From the sequence record PP920552.1: a DNA stretch of 44,881 bases, one strand, 5' to 3'. Numbering within the stretch: the first letter of the stretch is position 1; each line of letters begins with the position of its first letter. The DNA comes from Escherichia phage SM_A2. Below, piece after piece: positions 34,129 through 42,126 of this stretch. Under the pieces are notes generated by a model, which was not told where the DNA came from, searched no databases, and saw only the letters and a list, made by a program, of their open reading frames with translations. The translations under genes and the position numbers were made by a program.

Positions 34129-35551
34129 TGCTTAAGTCCTCGTCAGTAGCTTCCGACCACGCAGGGCGCGGGTCGTCGATTGGAGCTAACACCGGTTTGG
34201 CAGGTGCGCGCGTGATTTTATCACACAGCTTCGCCCACACTTTCGGTTTTTCGTCCTTCAGTACCTTCTCGGCATCCGTAGGGCTGAGCAATGTTTCTTT
34301 GTACATCACATCGCGCTTGATCCGGGCCTTCGTGAAGATTTCAATCACTTCGCTCTCGTCCGCCCACTTACGGATCCCTTCCTTACCGGCAACCATCTTG
34401 AGGCCCAGCGATTCGCCATCGCCCGCCATGACCGCCTTGAATACCGCGGACTCGATAGCCTTGATGTGCTGGCGCATTGCGTCCAGGCCTTCATAAGCCT
34501 TGCGCAGTTCCGCAGCGCTCATAGCACCGGGGGCCGCTTCTTTCTTGCCACGCTTCGCACGTCGGGCCGCCTTCCGGGCTTCGCGGGCCATATTGCGGTC
34601 GTGATTGGCGCATTCTTCCTCGGTCGCCACGCTCACGTCGTCGCCCAGGTCTTCGTCGGTTGCCGTTGGAGGTGTCATCGTGTCGATTGCGGCCTTAGCG
34701 CGGGCACTACACTGATCCGCAAATCGGCACCACTGGCACGCATCAACGCTGGGACGGAAGTCGGCACGGGTAAGTCCCTTCTTGCCTCGGGAATACGCCT
34801 CCAGTGCGGCAATAGCGCGCTTGGATGCAAACTTCGCGAATATCTCCAGCGCTTCTACCGAAATATCCCACTCCGACGCCCCGCCGCAATACGGCTGGAA
34901 GATAACCAGGCGCACGGTCGTAATGTCGTACATAGTTTGCAGCTTGCGCAGCAGGCCGAGCGCGTACAACATAAGCTGTTTGTTTTCTTTCGCCTCGACC
35001 TTATGCCTCCCGGTCTTCAGGTCGCCAACAATCAGCATGTACGTCCCATCGGTCTTTTTCATGACCATGACCATATCGGCAGTACCGAACGTTTTAATCC
35101 TGTTGCCGTCGATCTCGTAGCCTGAGTGAAGGACGCGGGTCAGATCGGCGCGCATCTCAAGCTGGACAAACTCCGCCACTTCGAGGAGCGGTCGCCAGTG
35201 GTCGATGTACGCGTCGCACTGTTTCACCATGTCGTCGTTGACCAGTACGCCGCCTTTCGGTGCTTTAGGGTGTGCCTTCACTGGCCCCTTGCCTTCGTTC
35301 TCGACGTAGCACCCTTTATACGTCTTCGCGGTTATCAGCTTCTCACCGGCGATAATGCGGTTTAGCACCACCTCAGATACGGTGTGCATACTCGTACCGT
35401 TAATCGCGGCTTGCCCGGATTCGTTCGGGATATCTTTTTCCACCACCAGGGCAGCAGGGCAACCCATCCACTTTTTAGCACCGGATGGCCCAAGTAATGA
35501 GTGTTCTGTATTGCTACCGGATTGCGTTTTACGTTTTGGTTTAATCGCCAT
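34121..35551 (-). CDS. DUF2800-type PD-(D/E)XK nuclease (Cas4-like, Fe-S cluster)
   Basis: 476 aa; N-terminal LLGPSGAKKWMGCPA; nuclease core (IVGDLKTGRHKVEAKENKQLMLYALGL); C-terminal Cys cluster CQWCRFADQC consistent with a 4Fe-4S site. Confidence 0.7.
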   Translation of the reverse strand: MAIKPKRKTQSGSNTEHSLLGPSGAKKWMGCPAALVVEKDIPNESGQAAINGTSMHTVSEVVLNRIIAGEKLITAKTYKGCYVENEGKGPVKAHPKAPKGGVLVNDDMVKQCDAYIDHWRPLLEVAEFVQLEMRADLTRVLHSGYEIDGNRIKTFGTADMVMVMKKTDGTYMLIVGDLKTGRHKVEAKENKQLMLYALGLLRKLQTMYDITTVRLVIFQPYCGGASEWDISVEALEIFAKFASKRAIAALEAYSRGKKGLTRADFRPSVDACQWCRFADQCSARAKAAIDTMTPPTATDEDLGDDVSVATEEECANHDRNMAREARKAARRAKRGKKEAAPGAMSAAELRKAYEGLDAMRQHIKAIESAVFKAVMAGDGESLGLKMVAGKEGIRKWADESEVIEIFTKARIKRDVMYKETLLSPTDAEKVLKDEKPKVWAKLCDKITRAPAKPVLAPIDDPRPAWSEATDEDLSNE

Positions 35552-35730
35552 TATTCCACCCGTGTAAACTGGACAATTACATATTTCACATTTGCCAGGC
35601 CCGCTTTTTCGACTCGGCGCTTAACTTCATTTTGCGCGTCCACAAAGCAATTGCTTGCGTTGGTGTTTTCAACAATAAAAGAAGTGTGGTCGTTTAATTC
35701 GTGGCATGTTGCCAGCACGAAGAATTTCAT
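35551..35730 (-). CDS. hypothetical small protein
   Basis: 59 aa from ATG 35730 with GGGAGA RBS; stop/start overlap with the upstream gene. Confidence 0.35.
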   Translation of the reverse strand: MKFFVLATCHELNDHTSFIVENTNASNCFVDAQNEVKRRVEKAGLANVKYVIVQFTRVE

Positions 35731-35981
35731 TATTTTGTCTCCCAGCGGTCGATCGTTCTTGCTTCGGACGCAACCGCAAAGCGAACATATTCCAGATTGG
35801 AGTCCGCCCAAATATAAAAGTCGGGGTTAGTAAAGGTGGTGCGCTTAATTTGCGCGGGTGTGTTACGGCGTTTATCTATTACGGCAACGCGGGATTGAAA
35901 GCTGCCGATGCGTTCGAATAGCCAATAGTACGGGCGCTGGTCGCGGGAATCCACCGCCTCGATTAGCGTGAAGCGTGCCAT
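35730..35981 (-). CDS. hypothetical protein
   Basis: 83 aa; ATG 35981 preceded by GAGGA RBS and a terminator hairpin. Confidence 0.45.
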   Translation of the reverse strand: MARFTLIEAVDSRDQRPYYWLFERIGSFQSRVAVIDKRRNTPAQIKRTTFTNPDFYIWADSNLEYVRFAVASEARTIDRWETK

Positions 35982-35991
35982 TGTCTCGTCC

Positions 35992-36021
35992 TCTAAAAAT
36001 AGGCCCGCAGATTAGCGGGCC
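35992..36021 (-). terminator. intrinsic terminator (minus strand)
   Basis: GGCCCGC-AGATTA-GCGGGCC hairpin followed on the minus strand by TATTTTTAG. Confidence 0.6.
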
Positions 36022-36029
36022 GGATAATA

Positions 36030-36641
36030 TTAATCTTCCAGTTCGAAATAAGTTTCGACGATTTCTTTAAGATCTTTGTGGAAGTCTTCGACGTCGTCAT
36101 CTTCCAGCTTGGCGATTGATTTGATCTCGAACGATTCCAGCAGGTCGTCGAATTCGTCGTTGGCATCGTCGTCGTCACCACCAGCGATAATAGCGGCGTA
36201 TTGTTTGATCTCATCGCGCATCTCCGCCAGCGGATCGGCATCTTTCTTGCCTTTGCCTTTCGCCGGGGCTTTTTTAGATTTAGCCGGTTTTTCGTCTTCG
36301 GCGTCATCGTCGTCATCTTCTTCTACGACTTCTTTTTTGGCCTTACCTTTCGCCGGGGCTTTTTTAGATTTAGCCGGTTTTTCGTCTTCGGCGTCATCGT
36401 CGTCATCTTCTTCTACGACTTCTTTTTTCGCCTTACCTTTCGCCGGGGCTTTTTTAGATTTAGCCGGTTTTTCGTCTTCGGCGTCATCGTCGTCATCTTC
36501 TTCTACGACTTCTTTTTTCGCCTTAGACGGCTTCTTGTCTTCCTGCTTACCAACGGCAGCGCCAACGGTTTCATAATGCTTAGCGATGGTTTCCAGTGCT
36601 ACTACGCCGCGAGTAATCAGGTTTACGATTTGTTCAAACAT
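36030..36641 (-). CDS. charged-repeat protein, first gene of leftward operon
   Basis: 203 aa; three tandem 38-aa repeats (KKEVVEEDDDDDAEDEKPAKSKKAPAKGKAKK) from 114-bp DNA repeats (about 36245-36530); strongly acidic C-terminus; GGAGAT RBS. Confidence 0.6.
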   Translation of the reverse strand: MFEQIVNLITRGVVALETIAKHYETVGAAVGKQEDKKPSKAKKEVVEEDDDDDAEDEKPAKSKKAPAKGKAKKEVVEEDDDDDAEDEKPAKSKKAPAKGKAKKEVVEEDDDDDAEDEKPAKSKKAPAKGKGKKDADPLAEMRDEIKQYAAIIAGGDDDDANDEFDDLLESFEIKSIAKLEDDDVEDFHKDLKEIVETYFELED

Positions 36642-36846
36642 GTTTTATATCTCCGATTGGTTAAGTTTAGGTGTCGGCAGTTAACTTCGTCGGTGGCCTT
36701 AACATATTGCCAGGTTGCGCGTTCTCCCGTTCGGGTAGTGGACCGGGTTATATATTCACGGTTGGGAATCCTGACACTTCGATCCGGCCCCTGCGTTGCC
36801 CCTCTCCAGTTTGCGTCCTGCATCCTGTCGACGGGGTGAATAATAG

Positions 36847-36879
36847 ATTGGTTGCAGGATGGGTGTCAACAACTAATTT
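36847..36879 (+). promoter_or_regulatory. sigma70-like promoter with ATTGGTTGCA motif (rightward)
   Basis: ATTGGTTGCAG (-35 = TTGCAG 36852-36857), 16-nt spacer, TAATTT (-10, 36874-36879). Confidence 0.4.
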
Positions 36880-36985
36880 CAAAAAAAAAGCGCCGAGGCA
36901 AAATGCGACGGCGCTAACCAATAAGAGACAATGAGACGGGAATTATTATTACACGCGTGCGCGCCCGTTTCAATATCCAAAGGAT

Positions 36986-37014
36986 TTGACACCTTGCGGT
37001 TTTAGGTGTAGTTT
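36986..37014 (+). promoter_or_regulatory. sigma70-like promoter (rightward)
   Basis: TTGACA (36986-36991), 17-nt spacer, TAGTTT (37009-37014); about 30 nt upstream of ATG 37046. Confidence 0.5.
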
Positions 37015-37045
37015 CATTGGTCATTAACCAACTGGGGACATAACA

Positions 37046-37375
37046 ATGAATGTAAACGACGCAATCGAAATGTTAACGAAGACTGTTAGCAGTGAAACAA
37101 GCCGGTCATGGGCTTATACCGATGCCGTTGGGGCGGTGCTGTTTGAGGTCGAGCGCCTGCGCAGTGTAGAAAAAGAATTACGCGCCAGGCTGGAATTGCT
37201 CAACGGTACTGCAGCAAGCAAGCTGCAAAAGCACAATGAAGAAATGGAAGAATACAAAAAACAGGTTATCCGTTTGCGCGCCGAGGGCAAATCCTGGGCG
37301 ATGATTGCCGAGTTGACCGGAATTAATCGGAGCACAGTGCGCTCCTGGGTACGCAATAATAAAACTTCTAAGTAA
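37046..37375 (+). CDS. HTH DNA-binding regulator (putative)
   Basis: 109 aa; coiled-coil N-terminal half; C-terminal HTH resembling sigma-70 region 4/LuxR type (GKSWAMIAELTGINRSTVRSWVRNN); first gene of the rightward operon. Confidence 0.55.
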   Translation: MNVNDAIEMLTKTVSSETSRSWAYTDAVGAVLFEVERLRSVEKELRARLELLNGTAASKLQKHNEEMEEYKKQVIRLRAEGKSWAMIAELTGINRSTVRSWVRNNKTSK

Positions 37376-37385
37376 GGCCACGGCA

Positions 37386-39650
37386 ATGAGCTTAATTAAA
37401 TTCGCTGTAACAAGACCCGCTAAAAAAGGCGAAAAAGCCAGGGCGGAAAACTTCCAGATGACCACCGATGAATTTTTCGAATTTATCAATGATGCGAAAG
37501 AAATCTCCTCGGTGCATATCAACAAGACGGAAGATAAAGCCGAGTATGCGCGCCGCAAGCGTAAGGCCGACGGCATCGTGGCGTATACCAGTGACGGATT
37601 GCGTCGTAAGACCAGTGCGGTGGACCGCTCGATCCTGTTCTTCGATATTGACCGCACCGACACCCGCACCCTACGCCGCTGCCGTAAGGCGTTCATTGAC
37701 GCGGGTCTGGAGCACGTCTTCCACACCACAACCGGCGACCGTCACCCACTGAAAGGCGGCACGCGTTGCGCTCGATTCCTGGTGCTCACTGACAAGCCTG
37801 TACCGGCTGAAGACCTGGGCCGCGTCCAGTATGCACTATTACACCAACTGGGTCTGTCAGATGTGGACTTCGACGATTGCACGAAAGACACAAACCGCCT
37901 GATGTACCTGCCACACCAGCAGTCTGTTATTAAGTGCCACTATGGCAAGCGCGCCCGCGTCCGTCGTCTGCTCCTCCTGGCTGACAAGCTGGGAGTTGAG
38001 AAAGAGGAAGTCCGTCGCGAACTGACCCAGGGCGACGACGCAGTGGCAGACGGCATTCTGGACTGGTGCTTCCAGGCAGGATTCGAGGAGTTATCTTCAG
38101 GGCGGGGCTATGAAGTGCCGTGCCCGAACGAACATCTGCACAGCGGCGAAGGGTCGACGGCTATCATGGTTAAGGATGGCGAGATCCGTTTCAAGTGTAT
38201 GCACACCGGCAACGAGTGTTGCTCGGAGCTGAACAGACACCAGCACCTGGCGCTACGTCTTATCGGGATCCCGGACCACCTGAACGTCGAGCCACACAAT
38301 ATGTCCCGTAAGCAAATCGCCGCCATCCTTCCGGGGCTGGACGTCGAGGAAGTCGAATCCTTATATGAACATATTGTTGATGCGGTTGGCGACGGCGAAG
38401 AATACGGCGTGTGCACCGATGCGGATCTGGATAACGAGCCGGTTGCGCTGTTCAGTAAGCACGACCCGATTATCGAGGGGTTGATTAACTTTAAATCGAC
38501 CTGGTATATGGCGGGTGAGTCGAATATCGGTAAGTCTTTCTACGTGCTGGGCCAGATGGGCGCGGTTGCCGCCGGTATTCCGTTTGGCGGTGCGAAGGTC
38601 GTACAGTCTCATTGCTTCTATTTCGACGCGGAAGGTGGCGAAGCCTCCAACCAGCGTAAAGAAGCATTGCAGATTAAATACGAGCACGACCTGGACAAGC
38701 TGCACATTATAGACCTGCAGTCACGCGGCTGGGATATCACCAGCAAATCGGGCTTGCGCGAAGTTATCAGCTTTATCAACCGCACCGCTAACGGCGAACC
38801 GGTTGGCCTGGTGGCGTTCGACTCACTCAACCAGACTGTTGCGTTGCGGTCCGCCGAGGCTAAACCGTTCGACGAGAACAACGCCAGCGATATGGGCGAA
38901 GTGGTCAAAGCGCTGAAGGCCATCGCGGAAAATACAGGTGGCAGTGCGGGCGTCATCCACCACCCGGCTAAAGGTGCAAACGGCAGCAGAACGCCACGCG
39001 GGTCCGGCGCGCTGCATGGTGCTGTCGATTCTGCGTTCTTCCTGGAACAGCCGGACGACAACCAGCCCGGACAATTGAACCTGTATCATGAGAAGTCACG
39101 TAACGGCATCAAGCAAGCGCCGCGCGGCTTCGTCCTGCTTAAGTGCAAGGTGAAGGTGGATCTCCGCAAGTCAGAAGCGTTCGAGGCGCACCAGTCCACC
39201 AGCACCGGTCCAGACTTCGGCGACGTGGTTGCCGGATGGGACGTCAAGCCGATCGCCTCCACGCCACGCGACGAGACTCTCTACCTCGTACCGGTTGCCC
39301 TGGCACCTTTCGCTATTGAACAGGCGAAGGCAGCAGGCAAGGCCGCGGTTAAGGAAGAGAACACCGCCGGGCCGCGCAACGAAAAAGAGAAAGTGCTTTA
39401 TGCGGCACTGGAAAAACTGATGGAAGATAACCCGGACCATACTGGATTCAGTAAATCGGCAATTGTCCGCCAGGCGGGACTCGCGAAAGGCGGCACTTCG
39501 ACGAAGGCAATCGACGATATGGTGGAGCGCGGAGTGATAGGTTTCTATACCGATCCGCACACCGGGGCCATCTATGGGTCGTCTAATTTGGTCATAAAAA
39601 CGGATATACCAATCACGCTTTCGGCGACCGACGAAGACTTGAAAGATTAA
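37386..39650 (+). CDS. DNA primase / helicase (primase-polymerase N-domain + P-loop NTPase)
   Basis: 754 aa; N-terminal acidic motif ILFFDIDRTD; Cys/His cluster (CPNEHLH...CMHTGNECC); Walker A GESNIGKS and Walker B-like LVAFDS. Confidence 0.8.
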   Translation: MSLIKFAVTRPAKKGEKARAENFQMTTDEFFEFINDAKEISSVHINKTEDKAEYARRKRKADGIVAYTSDGLRRKTSAVDRSILFFDIDRTDTRTLRRCRKAFIDAGLEHVFHTTTGDRHPLKGGTRCARFLVLTDKPVPAEDLGRVQYALLHQLGLSDVDFDDCTKDTNRLMYLPHQQSVIKCHYGKRARVRRLLLLADKLGVEKEEVRRELTQGDDAVADGILDWCFQAGFEELSSGRGYEVPCPNEHLHSGEGSTAIMVKDGEIRFKCMHTGNECCSELNRHQHLALRLIGIPDHLNVEPHNMSRKQIAAILPGLDVEEVESLYEHIVDAVGDGEEYGVCTDADLDNEPVALFSKHDPIIEGLINFKSTWYMAGESNIGKSFYVLGQMGAVAAGIPFGGAKVVQSHCFYFDAEGGEASNQRKEALQIKYEHDLDKLHIIDLQSRGWDITSKSGLREVISFINRTANGEPVGLVAFDSLNQTVALRSAEAKPFDENNASDMGEVVKALKAIAENTGGSAGVIHHPAKGANGSRTPRGSGALHGAVDSAFFLEQPDDNQPGQLNLYHEKSRNGIKQAPRGFVLLKCKVKVDLRKSEAFEAHQSTSTGPDFGDVVAGWDVKPIASTPRDETLYLVPVALAPFAIEQAKAAGKAAVKEENTAGPRNEKEKVLYAALEKLMEDNPDHTGFSKSAIVRQAGLAKGGTSTKAIDDMVERGVIGFYTDPHTGAIYGSSNLVIKTDIPITLSATDEDLKD

Positions 39651-39741
39651 ATTTTGCGCGCATTGGTTGCCATTTTGCGTGCTTTTAGGTGGTCGCATTG
39701 GTTGCCGCGTAGTGTAAATATGATGAATAGTTATGCAATAA

Positions 39742-39914
39742 AACTGCATAAAACAAACGGGACAAAAAGCGGGACAAACAGGGGGCGGGACAAAGCGGGA
39801 CAGCACCCCTGTCCCGCCCCGGATGACGCGGCCTGGCGAGGAGCGGGACAGCGGGACAGCACCCCAGTCTTTCAGACTAGACGGGGGGTCTGGCACCCCC
39901 CTCGTCTGAGACTG
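39742..39914. repeat. non-coding iteron/hairpin element, copy 2
   Basis: Paralogue of 12361-12520: about 6 GCGGGACA copies, A(C/T)TGCATAA copies and the conserved long hairpin (39865-39914); lies in the 480-bp gap after the primase-helicase gene. Confidence 0.8.
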
Positions 39915-40068
39915 CATAAAATCCGGGATTGCATAATACACGGCAACAAGATGCAAATTGCGGTCGTCGATGAACTAGGCAACCAATGCGAGCTGCAGAA
40001 TGGCGGGTGAAAAATGCAGTTTGCAGTTACAGCAGATAGCGATCAACTTTTTCATGCGCGTGATTAAT

Positions 40069-40102
40069 ATTGGTTGCATTCACCCTGGCACCCTGCTATT
40101 TT
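40069..40102 (+). promoter_or_regulatory. sigma70-like promoter with two ATTGGTTGCA-type motifs (rightward)
   Basis: ATTGGTTGCAT (-35 = TTGCAT 40074-40079), 17-nt spacer, TATTTT (40097-40102); a second motif TTTGGTTGCAC overlaps the -10/+1 region; about 20 nt upstream of the AAGAGGA RBS of gene 40131. Confidence 0.55.
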
Positions 40103-40130
40103 GGTTGCACACCAACAAGAGGACTGAACG

Positions 40131-40436
40131 ATGAGAGCTTTAATCTGGAATTACACAATAGCGGTGGCGAAGCTGTATGAAGCGAAGCACACAGACGGCA
40201 ACGCAGACGACGCGCGCCAGGTTGTCATCCTGGCCCAGCAGGGAATCATGAACGCGTTCGACGATATGTTTGCCAGCCTGGACGAACTGGAACCGCTGCG
40301 CGTGGCAATCTGCGAATATGCGATGGCTTTTGCCCGCGAGCGCCTGGCGTATCGCTTCGGGATCGGTGAGACGGCAGTGACAAACGTCGCCCGGATTAAA
40401 GCCCAGCGCGAACTATTCGCCCAGCTTGCGAAATAA
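40131..40436 (+). CDS. hypothetical protein
   Basis: 101 aa; AAGAGGA RBS; no motif recognised. Confidence 0.5.
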   Translation: MRALIWNYTIAVAKLYEAKHTDGNADDARQVVILAQQGIMNAFDDMFASLDELEPLRVAICEYAMAFARERLAYRFGIGETAVTNVARIKAQRELFAQLAK

Positions 40437-40445
40437 GGGGCCAAA

Positions 40446-40715
40446 ATGGACCGCAGACGCGCAAAACGCCTTTCATGGCGTATTCCACTGCATTGCATAC
40501 GAATATGGGCTAAGAATGCGAATGAGGGCGATTCTGTGTTCTGGTGCTACAGCGATGATGTGAAGCCATTAACGCAGACCCGCTACTTGCGCCAGTTCGC
40601 CAGGGAGCATGGGTTAGCCATAAAAACGTCCTTGCAACCAATTGGCATTCGTATTACATTACGCCGGAAGCCCGCCGTTGAGCGGGTAGGCAAACACTGG
40701 AGACTGAGCAAATGA
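40446..40715 (+). CDS. hypothetical protein
   Basis: 89 aa; AAGGGG RBS; basic; ends in the duplicated junction GGAGACTGAGCAAATGA. Confidence 0.5.
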   Translation: MDRRRAKRLSWRIPLHCIRIWAKNANEGDSVFWCYSDDVKPLTQTRYLRQFAREHGLAIKTSLQPIGIRITLRRKPAVERVGKHWRLSK

Positions 40716-40864
40716 TCCGAGTCAAGAGCAAGGCCACCGGATTGATTTATCTCGTGGTGTGGGAAGGGAACGGAAGCGTTACGCTCATGCACCCAAAAAC
40801 CAAATCCCGCCACACTATCAGCCAATTTACCCTGAACAATAACTATCGGAGACTGAGCAAATGA
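40712..40864 (+). CDS. hypothetical small protein
   Basis: 50 aa; ATGA-coupled at both ends; both junctions carry the same 17-mer GGAGACTGAGCAAATGA. Confidence 0.35.
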   Translation: MIRVKSKATGLIYLVVWEGNGSVTLMHPKTKSRHTISQFTLNNNYRRLSK

Positions 40865-41013
40865 CACCAATGCAAAGAGCGCTAATGGCTGGATTCTCGC
40901 AGAAGTTTATTTCAGTAGACGCCTGCATAGCTGATTATGAGATGGACGGCATCGCTACGGTATGCGATGGCGACTATAAGACTGTTGACGAGATTGAGGA
41001 GACAGAACAATGA
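40861..41013 (+). CDS. hypothetical small protein
   Basis: 50 aa; ATGA-coupled start and stop; acidic. Confidence 0.35.
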   Translation: MTPMQRALMAGFSQKFISVDACIADYEMDGIATVCDGDYKTVDEIEETEQ

Positions 41014-41567
41014 AATTACTATTCCGCCGTAAGCACGATGGTCGTATTCTGAAGCCGATCCAGACCCTGGATTCCTACGTCCGCCTACAAAACGCGGCAG
41101 GCAATCGGGTGTGGCGGGCACCGAAACACACGCTGCCGCAGTTCTTCGACGTACTCACGCACGATATTGAGCGCGGCGATGTGCTGCGTGATATCCGCGA
41201 CGGTAGTATGTGGATCGTTGAATATGTCGGTCTTCATGGCCTGCGTATGCAATCCCGCAAGGATGGCGTAGCAGGTATGACTTACTTCGGGCTGGTCAAC
41301 TACGAGCGAGTGGGCCGAAAATACTGCCTTCGTGACCGCCAGCCGCATGAGCGCGTTGAGTTCCGCAAGACACAACACGCCTACGCAACCTACGACTCCC
41401 ACCAGGCGCAATCGAAGATGGAGCGTACCGCGCACGAAATCATAAATCGCTTTGATGCCGTGACGAATGCTCAGCGCCATGCGCAGGAATATGGCGTTGG
41501 ATTCATCCGGGTGGAACAAGACGGCAGCATGAAGGCCATCGACCCGCGCTCGGTGATTCTGAAATGA
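41010..41567 (+). CDS. hypothetical protein
   Basis: 185 aa; ATGA-coupled; no motif recognised. Confidence 0.55.
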   Translation: MKLLFRRKHDGRILKPIQTLDSYVRLQNAAGNRVWRAPKHTLPQFFDVLTHDIERGDVLRDIRDGSMWIVEYVGLHGLRMQSRKDGVAGMTYFGLVNYERVGRKYCLRDRQPHERVEFRKTQHAYATYDSHQAQSKMERTAHEIINRFDAVTNAQRHAQEYGVGFIRVEQDGSMKAIDPRSVILK

Positions 41568-41710
41568 GTGCGACGATCCGGGATATGCTGATGCATAACC
41601 GCTTTGAGATAGGCGGTCGGGTATTTCGCAATTACTTCGTGGCGCGTGCCTGGGCGCGTCATATTGGCAAACCGGAAGGGGCAATTCGATGCTATACGTC
41701 TTCGCGGTAG
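41564..41710 (+). CDS. hypothetical small protein
   Basis: 48 aa; ATGA-coupled start; not in ORF track (below size cut-off). Confidence 0.3.
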   Translation: MSATIRDMLMHNRFEIGGRVFRNYFVARAWARHIGKPEGAIRCYTSSR

Positions 41711-41786
41711 TATGTGGCGGTAGTCTGGCGGCCCTGGTGCTGTTGGCGTCGGTTATTAGTCTGGTTAAATACCTATGGGGCAGATT

Positions 41787-42074
41787 ATGATTCATGATGT
41801 GATTTATTGGTTTGGTTTGATCTGCGGGCTGTGCCTGCTTACCGCGGTGCTGTTGGGCGTCCTGATGTTTGTAGTATGGCCCGCCGTGGAAGCCGCCAGC
41901 ATTACCCGCATGACGTTCCAGATATACAAGCGCCGTGGAATCACGGAGCACCCGACCCGGTTGCGCATGTGGTGGCTGTGGTATCGGGATATGGTTGGGG
42001 GCCGGATGTTCGAGGCAGTCCGATCGGAAGGATGGGAATGGAGAGGCGTCGGCAAGTGGTCCATTTTCGATTAA
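41787..42074 (+). CDS. hypothetical membrane protein
   Basis: 95 aa from ATG 41787; N-terminal TM helix (VIYWFGLICGLCLLTAVLLGVLMFVVW); Trp/Arg-rich C-terminus; a 33-codon TM-peptide ORF (41689-41790) overlaps upstream. Confidence 0.4.
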   Translation: MIHDVIYWFGLICGLCLLTAVLLGVLMFVVWPAVEAASITRMTFQIYKRRGITEHPTRLRMWWLWYRDMVGGRMFEAVRSEGWEWRGVGKWSIFD

Positions 42075-42091
42075 TTATGCAAGCGTGATAT

Positions 42092-42126
42092 AGTCCCAGT
42101 GAGCTAAAACTTACTGGGACTTTTTT
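42092..42126 (+). terminator. intrinsic terminator directly abutting the holin start codon
   Basis: AGTCCCAGT-(12-nt loop)-ACTGGGACT hairpin followed by T6, ending 1 nt before ATG 42127. Confidence 0.6.

Noticed and set aside
36076-36839. Plus-strand ORFs 36076-36576 and 36201-36839 with Ser-rich or FFRFSRFFVFGVIVVIFFYDFFF repeats
   Set aside because: Antisense or shifted-frame readings of the 114-bp tandem repeats within the charged-repeat gene 36030-36641; low-complexity artefacts.
36660-36840. Possible tRNA or small RNA gene in the ORF-free stretch containing TTCGATCC
   Set aside because: The TTCGATCC segment is not flanked by a complementary 5-bp T-stem and no acceptor/anticodon arm arrangement could be built by eye; a dedicated tRNA scan would be needed to overturn this.
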